Shown: piece after piece, positions 1 through 11,002 of the stretch
Numbering within the stretch: position 1 is the first letter of the stretch
Layout of the letters: each line of letters starts with the position of its first letter
NCBI GenBank assembly: GCA_964016885.1
Contig: OZ024760.1
Location: 3,968,001 to 4,032,000, forward strand
Direction: 5' to 3'
Length of the DNA: 64,000 nt
Source: Eledone cirrhosa
Taxonomy: Eukaryota
The notes under the pieces: generated by a model
What the model saw: the letters and a program-made list of their open reading frames with translations, nothing else
Told to the model about the DNA's origin: nothing
Database searches by the model: none
Translations under genes and position numbers: made by a program

Positions 1-2449
1 TTGATTGTAGCCTAGAAAAGGGTCCGTCGGCTTTTTGTTGTTGCTGTTGGCCACTCTCTCCTACACCGCCCCTCGCTGGCATTGATTGTAGCCGAGAAAA
101 GGGTCCTTCGGCTTTTTGATCACCCGGTGTTGCTTTAGGATCATCAACTCCCCCCTCAACCCGTTTCCTTGCTGTTGGTGTTTTCTTTCTTTCAGCTCTT
201 CTGGTCAATCCCCACCCCTTAAATAATTTGAATTGCCACTTATGTAACACCCAGGTTTTCTGTACTGAAATAGCAGTCTTGAAGTCTTTTTTTTTAAATT
301 CTTAGATCGTAGTCATGTGGGGACATGGGGATTTGAAGATTTGTATGCCCCTAGTGTCCCTACCTGACCATATGTCACCGAAAGTTATGTCGACGCTGAA
401 AACCTGCCCATATTTAACATCGGAAGTGACTACAAGCTAGTGTTTGAAGTCGTCACCGATGTCCTACATGGTGACCGACACTCGCACATCCTATATTCCT
501 GTGGGACTAGATTGTGAGCAGCTATGTCTAAGATTGCGCTTTCGGTTCGTCACCAGTTTTGACAACTACACCCACCATATCCCCTCCTAATGGAAGAGGT
601 TCGCCCGCGTCCATTCGTTCCGTCCTCAGTTTAGAAAACAACACACCGTACCTCTCTCCCAACAAAAGATGTTCATGCCATGATTTTTCCTCTATATCTC
701 TTTCTCACTTCCATTCTCTCACTCTGTCTATCCTACTCTGGAAGAAATCTGCTGTATTCAGACCCGTGACCCGGAGAGGAGATGGGCTCCGCCAGGTTTT
801 AAAATGCCCTAGAAACGCCCTATATCAATACAACGCCCCTACGATTCCCTCAGGAGTTACGGGACCATGCATGCACGCATCGCTTTTCCTATCACGTGAC
901 TATTGTCTCCTTCCTTAGACTCGATATTTTCCACACCTTCTATTTGAGGTAGTTGCCACCACCCAACCTTTTCAACTCTGCATGTCACTTTCTTTGTGTT
1001 TGTTTCCATAGATCAAACTGTTTTCTTCGTCATATATTGTTCTACTTAAATGTCGTACATTTAATTCTATACGTACTTGTCCTCGCCATGTAGTTTCTCG
1101 AAAGTTTTGTTTTGTTTTCCATTTCCCCCTCCGACCAAATCGTTGGCCTTGTGCCTAAATTAAAAATCATTATTATCAATTATGTAAACACCAGCTATGA
1201 TCTCAAGGGATATATTGTTCGTCTGCAGTACCATAAACTTTGTGTTTGTACTTTGGAAATAGTCCTCTTCTAATGTGACGGCGATGAATTTGTTTTGCGA
1301 GGTTTTTTTATATGAAATCGTGTGTTGAAACAAATACTGTTATAAGTAAGTATGTTTTGAAACAGCAAGCAAGTTTGAAATTAGAAATAGAAGCTTTCGC
1401 CGTATTTTTAACTAAAGAAATTTTAGCCCGATGAGGTTTAGTGGGATTTAGATCTCTAAGAAATGGAAAAAGATGAGTATTGACGTACATGGAAGTCGAA
1501 CCCACATCTTTCGTTATCCAGACCACTGTGCTACCATTACACTAACACATCACCCATTGTTATATTTGGGGAGGGTCATGGTGTTATAATATTGCCATAA
1601 ATATATAATTTAAAAACACTCTTCTAGTTCGCTGTATGTTTTCTGATCCTTTCTTTAACCCTCAGTCTCCATTGTTGCAAGAGAACCCTTGAGCTCATTC
1701 ACCCCACCTCTTGTAACACGTGAGTGTGGGCAAATATAGTCTATCGCTTCACCTCGTCCATGAGCTTAAAGTCAAGGCTTATATTTTCATAACCCTTCTC
1801 TCGATCAATGGAAACCACAACATTTTATATATAAGCGAGAGCATATTCCAACTGCTCATTTGCGGGGATACTAAAATCTCTTCGCTTCTTAACGAGAAGT
1901 GATGTGTCATTTTTTCCCTTGCCTTTTCTTTGACAATGTCATAAAACAAGGCAGAATCTTTAGTGACGTACCTGTACTAAAATCTTTCTTTTCTGAGAGT
2001 TGACCCATATTCAGAATTACCTTTTTGGCAGCAAAACCCGTCAAAAAATGTATTGCTTTTTTTTTTTTTTTATAGTCTTCACTGTTTGTTGCAGTTTGTG
2101 AAATTGTCATTCGTTCCTGTGTCGTTCAAATGTCTCCGTTTATTTGTTTAAGTGTTGGCATGTGTTCTTTCAATTTGATAAATTTGTTGGTGCTGTTTGT
2201 TTTTAAATCACGTTTGTGTTTACAAAATATTCGAAGATTTGTTCAAAATTCTTTGTGAGTGTGTAAGCTATAGTTAGACGAAGAAGACGTGTTGTTACAA
2301 AAGTAAGAGAATAGTTACAAATATAGAAAAATGTGAAACGCCAAATCTTATTCTTTTCCATCACAAAGTAAAGGGCGTGTATGGATAAATAAATAAAACC
2401 ACCAAGAGCATACGCAGTAATTCGATCTACCACCAAACGATGATCATAA

Positions 2450-2664
2450 TAATGATAGTATAGGCACAAGGCCAGTAATTTAGGGGGAGGGGAAAGTCGA
2501 TTAAATCGACCCCAGTGCATTACTGGTGTTTTATTTATTGACCCCATAAGGATGAAAGGCAAAGCTAACTTCGGCAGGATTTGAACTCAGAACGTACTGG
2601 GCCGTAACTCTATGCTGTAAATCATATTGTCCGACGCTCTACCGATACTGCTAATTCACTGCTC

Positions 2665-2665
<1 letters not shown>
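2450..2665 (-). mobile_element. tRNA-derived SINE (central domain GCCTTTCATCCT...GGGTCGATAAAATAAAGTACCAG, Meta/Nin-like)
   Basis: Minus strand shows a B-box-like GAGTTCAAATCC, the conserved central domain and the GGCCTTGTGCC tail. Homologous to about 12 other copies in the window. Confidence 0.8.
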
Positions 2666-2710
<45 letters not shown>

Positions 2711-2897
2711 TGTTTCTACTTTTGGCACAAGGCCAGCAATTACCCAATGCATTACTGGTACTTTATTCTATCGACCCCGGAAGGATGAAAGGCAAAGTTA
2801 ACCTCGGCGGGATTTGAACTCAGATCATACAGGGAGGTAACTCTATGCTTCAAAGCATGGCATCCGATCCTCTACCGATACTGCCAATCCACCGCCT

Positions 2898-2898
<1 letters not shown>
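2711..2898 (-). mobile_element. tRNA-derived SINE, full length, with (ATT)n tail
   Basis: Minus strand reads GGCGGTGGATTGGCAGTATCGGTAGAG (A-box-like)...GAGTTCAAATCCC...GGCCTTGTGCCAAAAGTAGAAACAATTATTATT. Confidence 0.85.
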
Positions 2899-2954
<56 letters not shown>

Positions 2955-3196
2955 TTTTCTTTATTAACCACAAGGGTTCACATAAAGTAGACATTAAGGA
3001 CAGTACAGGACAATACAGGACGGTACAAATGGGCATTTCTGCGTGTAAAAAAACAGAGGTTGAAATAAAATAACAAAGAAAAATTCCCCAATAGGGGGGA
3101 GACTTCCAAGGGACATTTGTGGAGAAAGACCATTAAAAGACCACAGTGGCCCTGACCACCAGGGCAAGTGCCCTCTCCCAGTTTTCCACCTTTAAT

Positions 3197-6100
3197 TTAC
3201 AGACACATACTCAGAGAAGGCCCATTCATTCGGGCCATACTTGCTTCTCTCACCCATCTTTCAACAAAATGCTGGGAAGAGAGCACTTCCCTCTCTACCC
3301 TGATTTTCCTTTTCAAATGAAATTTGAAAAAGTTAATCAGGGCATTACCGAAGAGGTAAGTGCTCGTCTTCAGCCCTTTCAAACGTGTCCACCATACTAT
3401 CTCTTTCGCCATGGCCACCAGACAGATAAAAACTGCCTGCCCTTCCAGGCTAAAGGAAGGGGGCGGGGCAATCCTCACGATGGACTCAGCTGATAGCCGG
3501 ATCCGTCCTACACGTGACAGCAGGTGTTCGACATAAACCCACAAGTCAGCAATGCTCGGACACTGGACGAGTGCGTGCAGGACGGTTTCGTCGCCCTGTG
3601 CGCATCTCGAACATGCCCGGCTGACGGCACCTCCATGCCTGTAGAGTTTATCCCGAACTGGCAAAGCTCCTCGGTAGCACTGCCAGGCCAGGGATTTCTG
3701 GAAGTTGTCCATAGGCCCCGGCCCGAAAGTCCTTCCGAAGAGATTGGCTAGTTGATTTTCGTCGACGCCTAGAGTTTCTCCAAGTACGTCGTCGCTCTTC
3801 CCCTCCACTAATCCCCTATAGAACGCCAAGGTGGAGTTTCCACCGATCACATTGCCCGATTGGTCGAGGGCTGTGAGCGCCTGAAGACATTCCAGTCTCC
3901 AAGCGCTCCCTCTCGGTCTTCGCTTGACCCAGGACTGCAGCTCCGTCAAGGAGACGAGCTGGGGAAAAACGCGTCTTGCAAACGGCGACCACACCTGATC
4001 ACCGTCAAGGAAGAGGTGGAGATGTCGTAGCCTGAGCGCGTGTCTGCGCATCATCAGCCACGGCATGCCCAGCCCTCCACGTAGCGGGTGTTGACAGCAG
4101 ATGGACCGCCTGACCATCGGAGCGCGTCCCTTCCACAAGAAGCGAAAGAGCAAACGCTCCAGCGCAGTCAGGCGGGGCTTAGGACAAGGTACGACGGTCA
4201 GGCGGTAGTAGATGACGGATGCGATGTACGCATTCGCCACCTCCGCTCGACCTTTCAGGGATAGCTTCCTCTCGGCCCATTTCTGGGTGAGAGAAGCCAC
4301 CCTGCTCGTCACCTCGTCCCAGTTTTTGTCCGTCTGGAGGTCTGGACCGAACCAGACCCCTAGCAATTTAACCGGTCCGTCCGTCCAGCGCCCGACGACG
4401 CTGTTGGACGGCATGGACCTGCCTCTCCAGGTGCCGAGCTGCAGGCCCACTGACTTTTCCTGGTTGATCATTGCTCATGTCACCGCTTCGTATTCTCTTA
4501 GTGTAGTACCGATCGCCTCGATGTGTTTGGCGTTCGACACCACTACGGTGACATCGTCCGCATATGCTGACACGGATCTTCCGCATCCTAGTTCGCGCGG
4601 GACCCCCCTCAACGTCTCCAGTTTGTGCAGTAATGGCTCGAGAGTCAATACGTACAATAGGGACGAGAGGGGACATCCTTGGCGGACCGAGCGCATGATG
4701 TTGAACGGTTCCGAAAGGTGACCGTTCACTCTCACTACAGAGCAGATGTCGCTGTGCATGGCAGCGATCCAGCCTCTGAAGACGGGCCCAAAGCCAGCCG
4801 CCCTCAGGACTGCCGTTAGGTAACGATGGTCGACCCTATCGAAGGCTTTCGACTGATCTAAATTGATCAAAGACCCACCCGTGCCAGGTTCCCTAGCTAC
4901 CCTCTCTACGATGTATCGCATGAGGTGGAGGTTGTCGTGGATGGATCTGTCGGAAATGGCGCATGTCTGCGCCTCTCCCACCAGACCACCAACGACAAGC
5001 GCCAACCTCTTTGCTAGCACCTTGGCCAAAATCTTGAACTCTGTGTTTAGCAGAGTTATTGGCCTAAAATTATCTATGTTATCCCCCTTGTTCGGATCCT
5101 TTCTCAGCAGCGCCACCGCTCCTCGGCTCACAGAGCTGGGAATTCTCCCGTTCTGTTGCCAGTTGCAGTAGACGTCCGCCAAGAGGCCTCCGAACAAGTT
5201 TGGCATTTGTACGTAAAGTTCATAGGGGAGACCATCCAAACCAGGCGATTTACCCCTTGTGCAACTAGTCATTGCATCCCGTACTTCAGCGGTTGTTATC
5301 GGCTTTTCGCAACACTCCGCCTCAGTGGCCGAAAGCCGCGGCAGTCCGTCGAGCTAGACACTAAAGTCCATCCCTCGATCCGGCCCGCCACTGCCCCCGA
5401 ACAGTTGAGCGAAGTGTCGCTGAAAAGCTTCACACATTTGCCCGGGATCGAGTAGCATGCGCCCGTCGTGGTCCACCAAAGACCGGATCGTGGCTTTGTT
5501 TCCACGACGCGCCTCCGCCACTCGGGCCCATTGAACGGCGTTCGTCCCCTCGTGTCTGAGAGCACGCACCCTAGCTCTGACAACGCAGCCTTCGTGCTTT
5601 GCATTGAAGAATTGGTCAAGGGCCAATTTCGCCGCAAGTACGTCGGTCGCGATGCCTTTGCTAAGCGCCTCATCTAATTTTCTAACTAATTCTCCCTCTG
5701 CTCTATTTTTCTCTATTGCTAAAGTCTTACTAAACCTAATGGACTCTATTCTAATTGCTCTTTTCAGAGCAAACCACCACTTGTTGTTGACGATGGCCCC
5801 CGTCAACGCCCGCTTAACTAGTTCGCTAATCCGGTCTCTGTAGGCCTTGCGCGCTGGTAAGGACGCGTTTAGCTTCCAGTAGCCGGGTCCTCGTCTATGA
5901 AGCCTATCTAAGTCAAGCACACAGATCACGAATTTGTGGTCCGTGTAGCTGACTATCTTGAATTGTGGACAGCCTATGCTAGACCTATCTATTTCCCTAC
6001 AAAATACTCTATCTAGATATGATCTGGATGACCCTATGCGATTTGTCCAAGTCCACATTGGTACATTCGGGAAATCCATTCGGTACCTGTCAGACAGTTC

Positions 6101-6616
6101 AAAACGTCTGAGCAGGTTGGTGAGACTCTTGCACCCTCCTTCCCTATCCACTAATCCCACACAATCCCAGCGTGCATCTAAGATCCCGTTCCAGTCGCCC
6201 ACTAACACTAAAGAGCGGGACGTTCCAAGAAAGGTCTCCAGACGCCGGAAGAAATCAGGCCGCCCTGCTCCTGTCGGGGCATAGACGGCCACTAACCTGA
6301 AAGCTTGCCCGTCTCCGCTGGTCACGTCCAGCACCACCAACTTACCTTCTGGGTCCAGGAAGATGGCCCGTATGGCAAGATCCAAACCTCTCCGAAAAAG
6401 CACAGCAACTCCTCCCCCCGATCCCGGACGGCTGGGAGATGCGTACACATCGTAGCCGCCGAAGATCGGTGCGAAAGCCTGTGCTTCGGAGATTCTGGTC
6501 TCGCTGATGGCCACTACATCCATGTTTAGTGACCTGAGGTCGTTGAGCAGGTGGCCCTGCTTCCATGACGACCCCAAGCCACGCGCATTTATGCTGCCTA
6601 TTCTGAGTGAGGTCAT
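3197..6616 (-). pseudogene. Tx1 ORF2: APE endonuclease + reverse transcriptase + C-terminal zinc finger, one frame with two in-frame stops
   Basis: Motifs SINARGL, ISET, VGDWN, YLDR, YTDH (APE); KSPGLDG, FRPITLLN, KAFDRV, RQGCPLS, YADD (RT); CSRC...ETVLHALVQC. ORF pieces 5354-6616, 4475-5272 and 3197-4471 share one frame. Stops at 5354-5356 (TAG) and 4475-4477 (TGA). Confidence 0.92.
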
Positions 6617-6650
6617 GTTGAAAAGGAGTGGAAAAGATGGGAAAGACCAC

Positions 6651-8576
6651 TTACCTTACTTCTCGTAGGGGAAGGACGGCTTTTCCATCCTTTTCACTGC
6701 TTGTGGCCTCCTCAGGAAGGATGTCCTTATAAATCCTCCTGGAGAGTGCTTGTCGGAAGTCTCCGATGTCTTTGGGGAATTTTTGTTTTAGTGTCATGTA
6801 CGTTTTCTGTGTGATGCGAGTGATTTGTATGTGTGGAGGTGGTGTGAATTTTGGGGTTGTTGTGTAGTCTTTTTCTGTGATGCTGGTGTTGTGTTGGATG
6901 TAGTGTAATAATTGCTTGTTGTTCAAATTTAATGCTGTGTAGTGTGTATCGTTTTGGTTGTTTTGTTTTGTTTGCGTTTGTTGTGGGTTTGTTTCTGTTT
7001 CGTATTTTGGTGACTTTTGTGGTGTAGGTGATGGTGGTGCTGGGGATAATGATGGTGATGGTGTTGGTGTTTGGGTTGATGGGGTTGGTGATGCTGGTGT
7101 GGATGGTGGCATATCTGTCCTAACTTTTTTGTTTCTTAGTTTATTTGTTTCCCTCTGTATTTTGTTTTTGGAGGGGGAAGGAAGAGAATTTTTTCTTTTT
7201 TGGTTTCTTTTTTTTTTTCCGGATATCGTTTCCCACTCCTCGTCGTCACAATCTGTCTCCAGTTGTGATAGGCCGGGGAGTGGAAAATCCTCCACAGCCG
7301 TTAGTTTTGGTTGTGGTGTGGTGGATGGTGTAGGCGCTGGTGCTAGTTCTGAAGCGTTGGGTGGTGGTGGTGTTGGTTTTGCTGGTGGTGGTAGTGGTGT
7401 TGGTTTTGCTACTGTTGCTGGGGTTGTTGCTGTTATAGTTGCTTCTGTTGTTGCTGCTACAGTTGTTGCTGGCATCTCTGCTACTGGTGGTGTTGATGGT
7501 TGTGTCACTGGGGTGGGTAGGAGAGGTGGCCTCAACCTTTTAGCCTGAGGGCAGAAAGCCCTTAGGTGGGTTCCTTCACCACAAACGACACACCTAGGTC
7601 TTCTGCCCTCGACAATTACCGTGAGGTGGCTGCCGTCAGTGAGGTCTATTACCTCTGGGATCTCCTCAATGCTTTTTTGGTCCGCTTGGATCAGGAGCTC
7701 CATCCCAGATCCGGACCAGTTTTCCTGCTTTTCTTTTGCTATTGTTATTATTTTCGTGTTGGCCTCGATGCCGGCGATGACAGCCGCTATTAGCCAGGGA
7801 ATTTCGATGGCCGGTGGAACGTGGGTCACCCTGATCTTTACGAGTCTCTGGCCACAATAGCTTGGGACGAGTGTGAAGTCGTCACTTCTTAATGGGGCCA
7901 TGGAGTGTTCTCTAGCCTCCTCTGGTGTTTCAAAGAACACGTCCACGGTTCCATACTTTTGCCCACGTCTGATGTGGGTTTTTCTTGCCCACACATGTCC
8001 CAAAGCTTTTTGGATTTGGGACTCGGATGCCCGTTCCACTCGGCGCGATTTTACATTTATTGTTCTATACGACACGGTGCATAGGCGCCGATGCTCCATT
8101 TTATTAGGTGGGGGGGGGGCTGACCCTGTACCCATCTTTCTTTACCATTTGTTTGGCATTTTCTAAATCCTCCTGAGTTACCGTAAATGCTTCGAACTGT
8201 TTTGCTACTCTGGCGAAACTGAGGGTCGGTTTTATAATGTCATTGTTGTTGTTGTTGCTATCGTTATTTGTGTTAATATTAATTTTAGTTTCAGTTCTGG
8301 TGGTGGTGACGTCAGTCGTCTTTGGTGGGGAAGAGTCCATTTTGCTTGATTTCATTTCGACATCACGAGTTAATTTATTTTTTTCTTCTTTTGTTTCTGT
8401 TGTCGCGGTGGTGGTGGGGTGGTGGTTTCTGCCTGAGACAAATTTGAAATATTGCTACTGCTTATATTTTTTTTTGTGTTGGCAAACGTAGTAACATTTA
8501 CAATGGTGGTGTCGGTGTGAGGTGTTAATTTGTGAGGAAGGCTTTCAGCTGCTTGGTGCAGAGGTGAATTAGCCAT
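6651..8576 (-). CDS. Tx1 ORF1 (gag-like, CX2CX4HX4C knuckle, Pro/Thr-rich and basic tail), frameshifted near the N-terminus
   Basis: CVVCGEGTHLRAFC in ORF 6651-8135. Upstream piece 8104-8355 (SFARVAKQFEAFTVTQEDLENAKQMV) aligns by eye with copy B ORF1. One shift falls at the poly-G run near 8110-8119. The start position is uncertain. Confidence 0.8.
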
Positions 8577-8785
8577 TTTTTTTTCAAAAGAATTTTTGAT
8601 AATAATAAAAGTTTAAATTTTGGGCACAAGGCCCCAATCTTTTTGGGTGTCCTTTTCGGAAAACAATGTATGTGCGCTTATATATGATTAACAATAAAAA
8701 TTTTCCATCAATGGCAATTTTTAACAAACGGAAATAAAAAACCTTTGCGGAGCTCACGATGATAGGATTTACTACGTAGGTCGCC

Positions 8786-8842
<57 letters not shown>

Positions 8843-10724
8843 TACTTATTGATAAGATGGTAATGGGGAATTGCAGGAGGAGACACACTGATCTTGCCAT
8901 GGGATGGATAGACTACAGAAAGGCATTTGACATGGTGCCTCATTCCTGGATCACCAAAAGCCTGGATATCTTCAGGGTGGCAGATAACATCAGACAGTTG
9001 CTAGGCAGGAGTATGGGGTCCTGGGAGACAGAGTTGACATCAACTGGAGTATCCTTGGGAAGCGTGAAGATCAAGAGAGGTATCTTCCAGGGAGATAGCC
9101 TGTCCCCTCTGTTGTTTGTCCTTGCCCTGATGCCCTTGACCATTATGCTGCGAAAAGTGAGAGCAGGATACAAGTTGGGAAGGGGAGAGCTTACCATCAA
9201 TCACCTCCTCTTCATGGACGATCTTAAGCTCTTCGGGAAAAGTGAGAAGGAGTTGGATGTGCTTGTTGACACTGTCCGTATTTTCAGCAGTGATATATGT
9301 ATGCAGTTTGGTATTGGTAAATGTGGAGTCATTGTGATGAAGAGGGGTAGGTTGAGCAGAAGTAACGGGATCCAGATACCAACAGGTGAGATGATAAAGG
9401 AAATTGACTCTGAGGAAGGATACAAGTATTTGGGCGTTCTGGAGGCTGATGGCATAAAGAACAAAAAAATGAAGGAATTGTTAAGAACTGAATACATTCG
9501 GAGAGTAAGGAGCGTATTGAAGTCACATCTGAACAGCAGAAATGCCATAAGCGCAGTAAATTCCCGAGCTGTGTCTATTATTAGGTACAGTGCGGGAATT
9601 CTGAGATGGAATGTTGCTGAACAAAAAGAAATGGATAGGAAGACTAGGAAGCTATTGACTATCTACAACATGTTCCACAAGAGGAGTGATGTCGATAGAC
9701 TCTACCTAAGGAGATCTGAGGGTGGAAGATGTCTTATCAGCATAGAGGACTGTGTTCAGATGGAGAAAAACAACCTATACAAATACGTGACCTATAGTAA
9801 GGAGCCAATGCTCAGAACTGTACTGAATGAGGGGACAGAAGGCCAGGGGATGTCCAAGGAGGAAATAACATCAAGGAGGAAGAGCAGCCTTAAGGGAAAA
9901 TCCCTTCATAGTACCTTCTTTGAGAAAACTGAATTTAGAGATCCACAGACATGGAACTGGTTGAGAAGAGGAGACCTCAAAAAGGCTACAGAAGGAATGC
10001 TAATGGCTGCGCAGGAGCAGGCCCTCAAAACGAAGTGGTTGAAGCACCATATCTACAAGGAGGAGGCTAGCCCACTGTGCAGGATCTGTGGAGAGAGAGA
10101 GGAGACTGTGGCTCACATTGTGTCCGAGTGTAAACACCTAGCCCAGACCCACTATAAGGGCTGGAGACACGATGTGATGGGCAGGGTGATCCACTGGCAC
10201 CTGTGCAAAGTAAACAATTTACCACATTCTGAGAAATGGTATGAGCATAGGCCAGAGGCGGTGATGGAGAACAATCAGGTGAAGGTGCTGTGGGATTTTA
10301 GGATACAGACGGACAAAAAACTGGAACACAATAGACCTGACCTGGTGGTTGTGGACAAAGAAAAAAGATCGTGCCTGATTGTGGATGTGGCCTGCCCGTT
10401 CGACACGAGAGTGCAAGAGAAGGAGAGGGAGAAAATTAACCGATACCAGGACCTAAAGTGGGAGGTGAAAAGGATTTGGAACTGCCATGAAGTCAAAGTG
10501 ATCCCGATTGTCATAGGCGCACTGGGGACTATCTCCAAAAGTTTCCAGGGATGGTTAAAGAAAATCGGCCCCTTCACGCTTTTTGGAACGCTTCAAAAGG
10601 CATGCTTGCTTGGAACAGCAAGAACCCTCCGATACGTCCTGAATATCTGAGGCTGCAGGTAGTGGCTTGATATTCAATCCAACGGACTTTCCAGTTAACC
10701 AACATCAATGACTGAGATTCAAGG
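8843..10724 (+). mobile_element. Dong/R4-clade non-LTR retrotransposon, 5'-truncated, in (AAT)n
   Basis: RT plus RLE ORF, short 3' UTR, (AAT)n on both sides. Dong elements are known to target TAA repeats. Confidence 0.88.
8857..10650 (+). CDS. RT (C-terminal part) + CCHC zinc finger + restriction-like endonuclease, uninterrupted 597 aa
   Basis: WIDYRKAFDMVPH, GIFQGDSLSP, HLLFMDD, CRICGEREETVAHIVSEC, RHD, NRPDLVV...IVDVACP, K..RYQDL, PIVIGALG. Confidence 0.9.
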   Translation: MVMGNCRRRHTDLAMGWIDYRKAFDMVPHSWITKSLDIFRVADNIRQLLGRSMGSWETELTSTGVSLGSVKIKRGIFQGDSLSPLLFVLALMPLTIMLRKVRAGYKLGRGELTINHLLFMDDLKLFGKSEKELDVLVDTVRIFSSDICMQFGIGKCGVIVMKRGRLSRSNGIQIPTGEMIKEIDSEEGYKYLGVLEADGIKNKKMKELLRTEYIRRVRSVLKSHLNSRNAISAVNSRAVSIIRYSAGILRWNVAEQKEMDRKTRKLLTIYNMFHKRSDVDRLYLRRSEGGRCLISIEDCVQMEKNNLYKYVTYSKEPMLRTVLNEGTEGQGMSKEEITSRRKSSLKGKSLHSTFFEKTEFRDPQTWNWLRRGDLKKATEGMLMAAQEQALKTKWLKHHIYKEEASPLCRICGEREETVAHIVSECKHLAQTHYKGWRHDVMGRVIHWHLCKVNNLPHSEKWYEHRPEAVMENNQVKVLWDFRIQTDKKLEHNRPDLVVVDKEKRSCLIVDVACPFDTRVQEKEREKINRYQDLKWEVKRIWNCHEVKVIPIVIGALGTISKSFQGWLKKIGPFTLFGTLQKACLLGTARTLRYVLNI

Positions 10725-11002
10725 AATAACAACAATAATAATAATAATAATAATAATAATGTTTTCTTTATTAACCACAAGGGTTTACATAAAGTAGACA
10801 TTAAGGACAGTACAGGACAATACAGGACGGTACAAATGGGCATTTCTGCGTGTAAAAAACAGAGGATGTAATAAAATAACAAAGAAAAATTCCCCAATAG
10901 GGGGGAGACTTCCGAGGGGCATTTGTGGAGAAAGCCCATTAAAAGACCACAGTGACCCTGACCACCAGGGCAAGTGCCCTCTCCCAGTTTTCCACCTTTA
11001 AT

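Larger units (their letters stand above)
2954..8785 (-). mobile_element. Tx1-type (L1 clade) non-LTR retrotransposon, full-length copy A, inserted in (AAT)n
   Basis: ORF1 with zinc knuckle plus ORF2 (APE-RT-zinc finger). 3' end AATAAAGAAAAC-(ATT)n. (AAT)n tracts on both sides (2899-2953, 8786-8842). Confidence 0.93.

Noticed and set aside
3-118. 35-bp direct repeat (GATTGTAGCC.AGAAAAGGGTCC.TCGGCTTTTTG) as an array
   Set aside because: Only two copies are visible at the window edge; most likely a small duplication within an old repeat.
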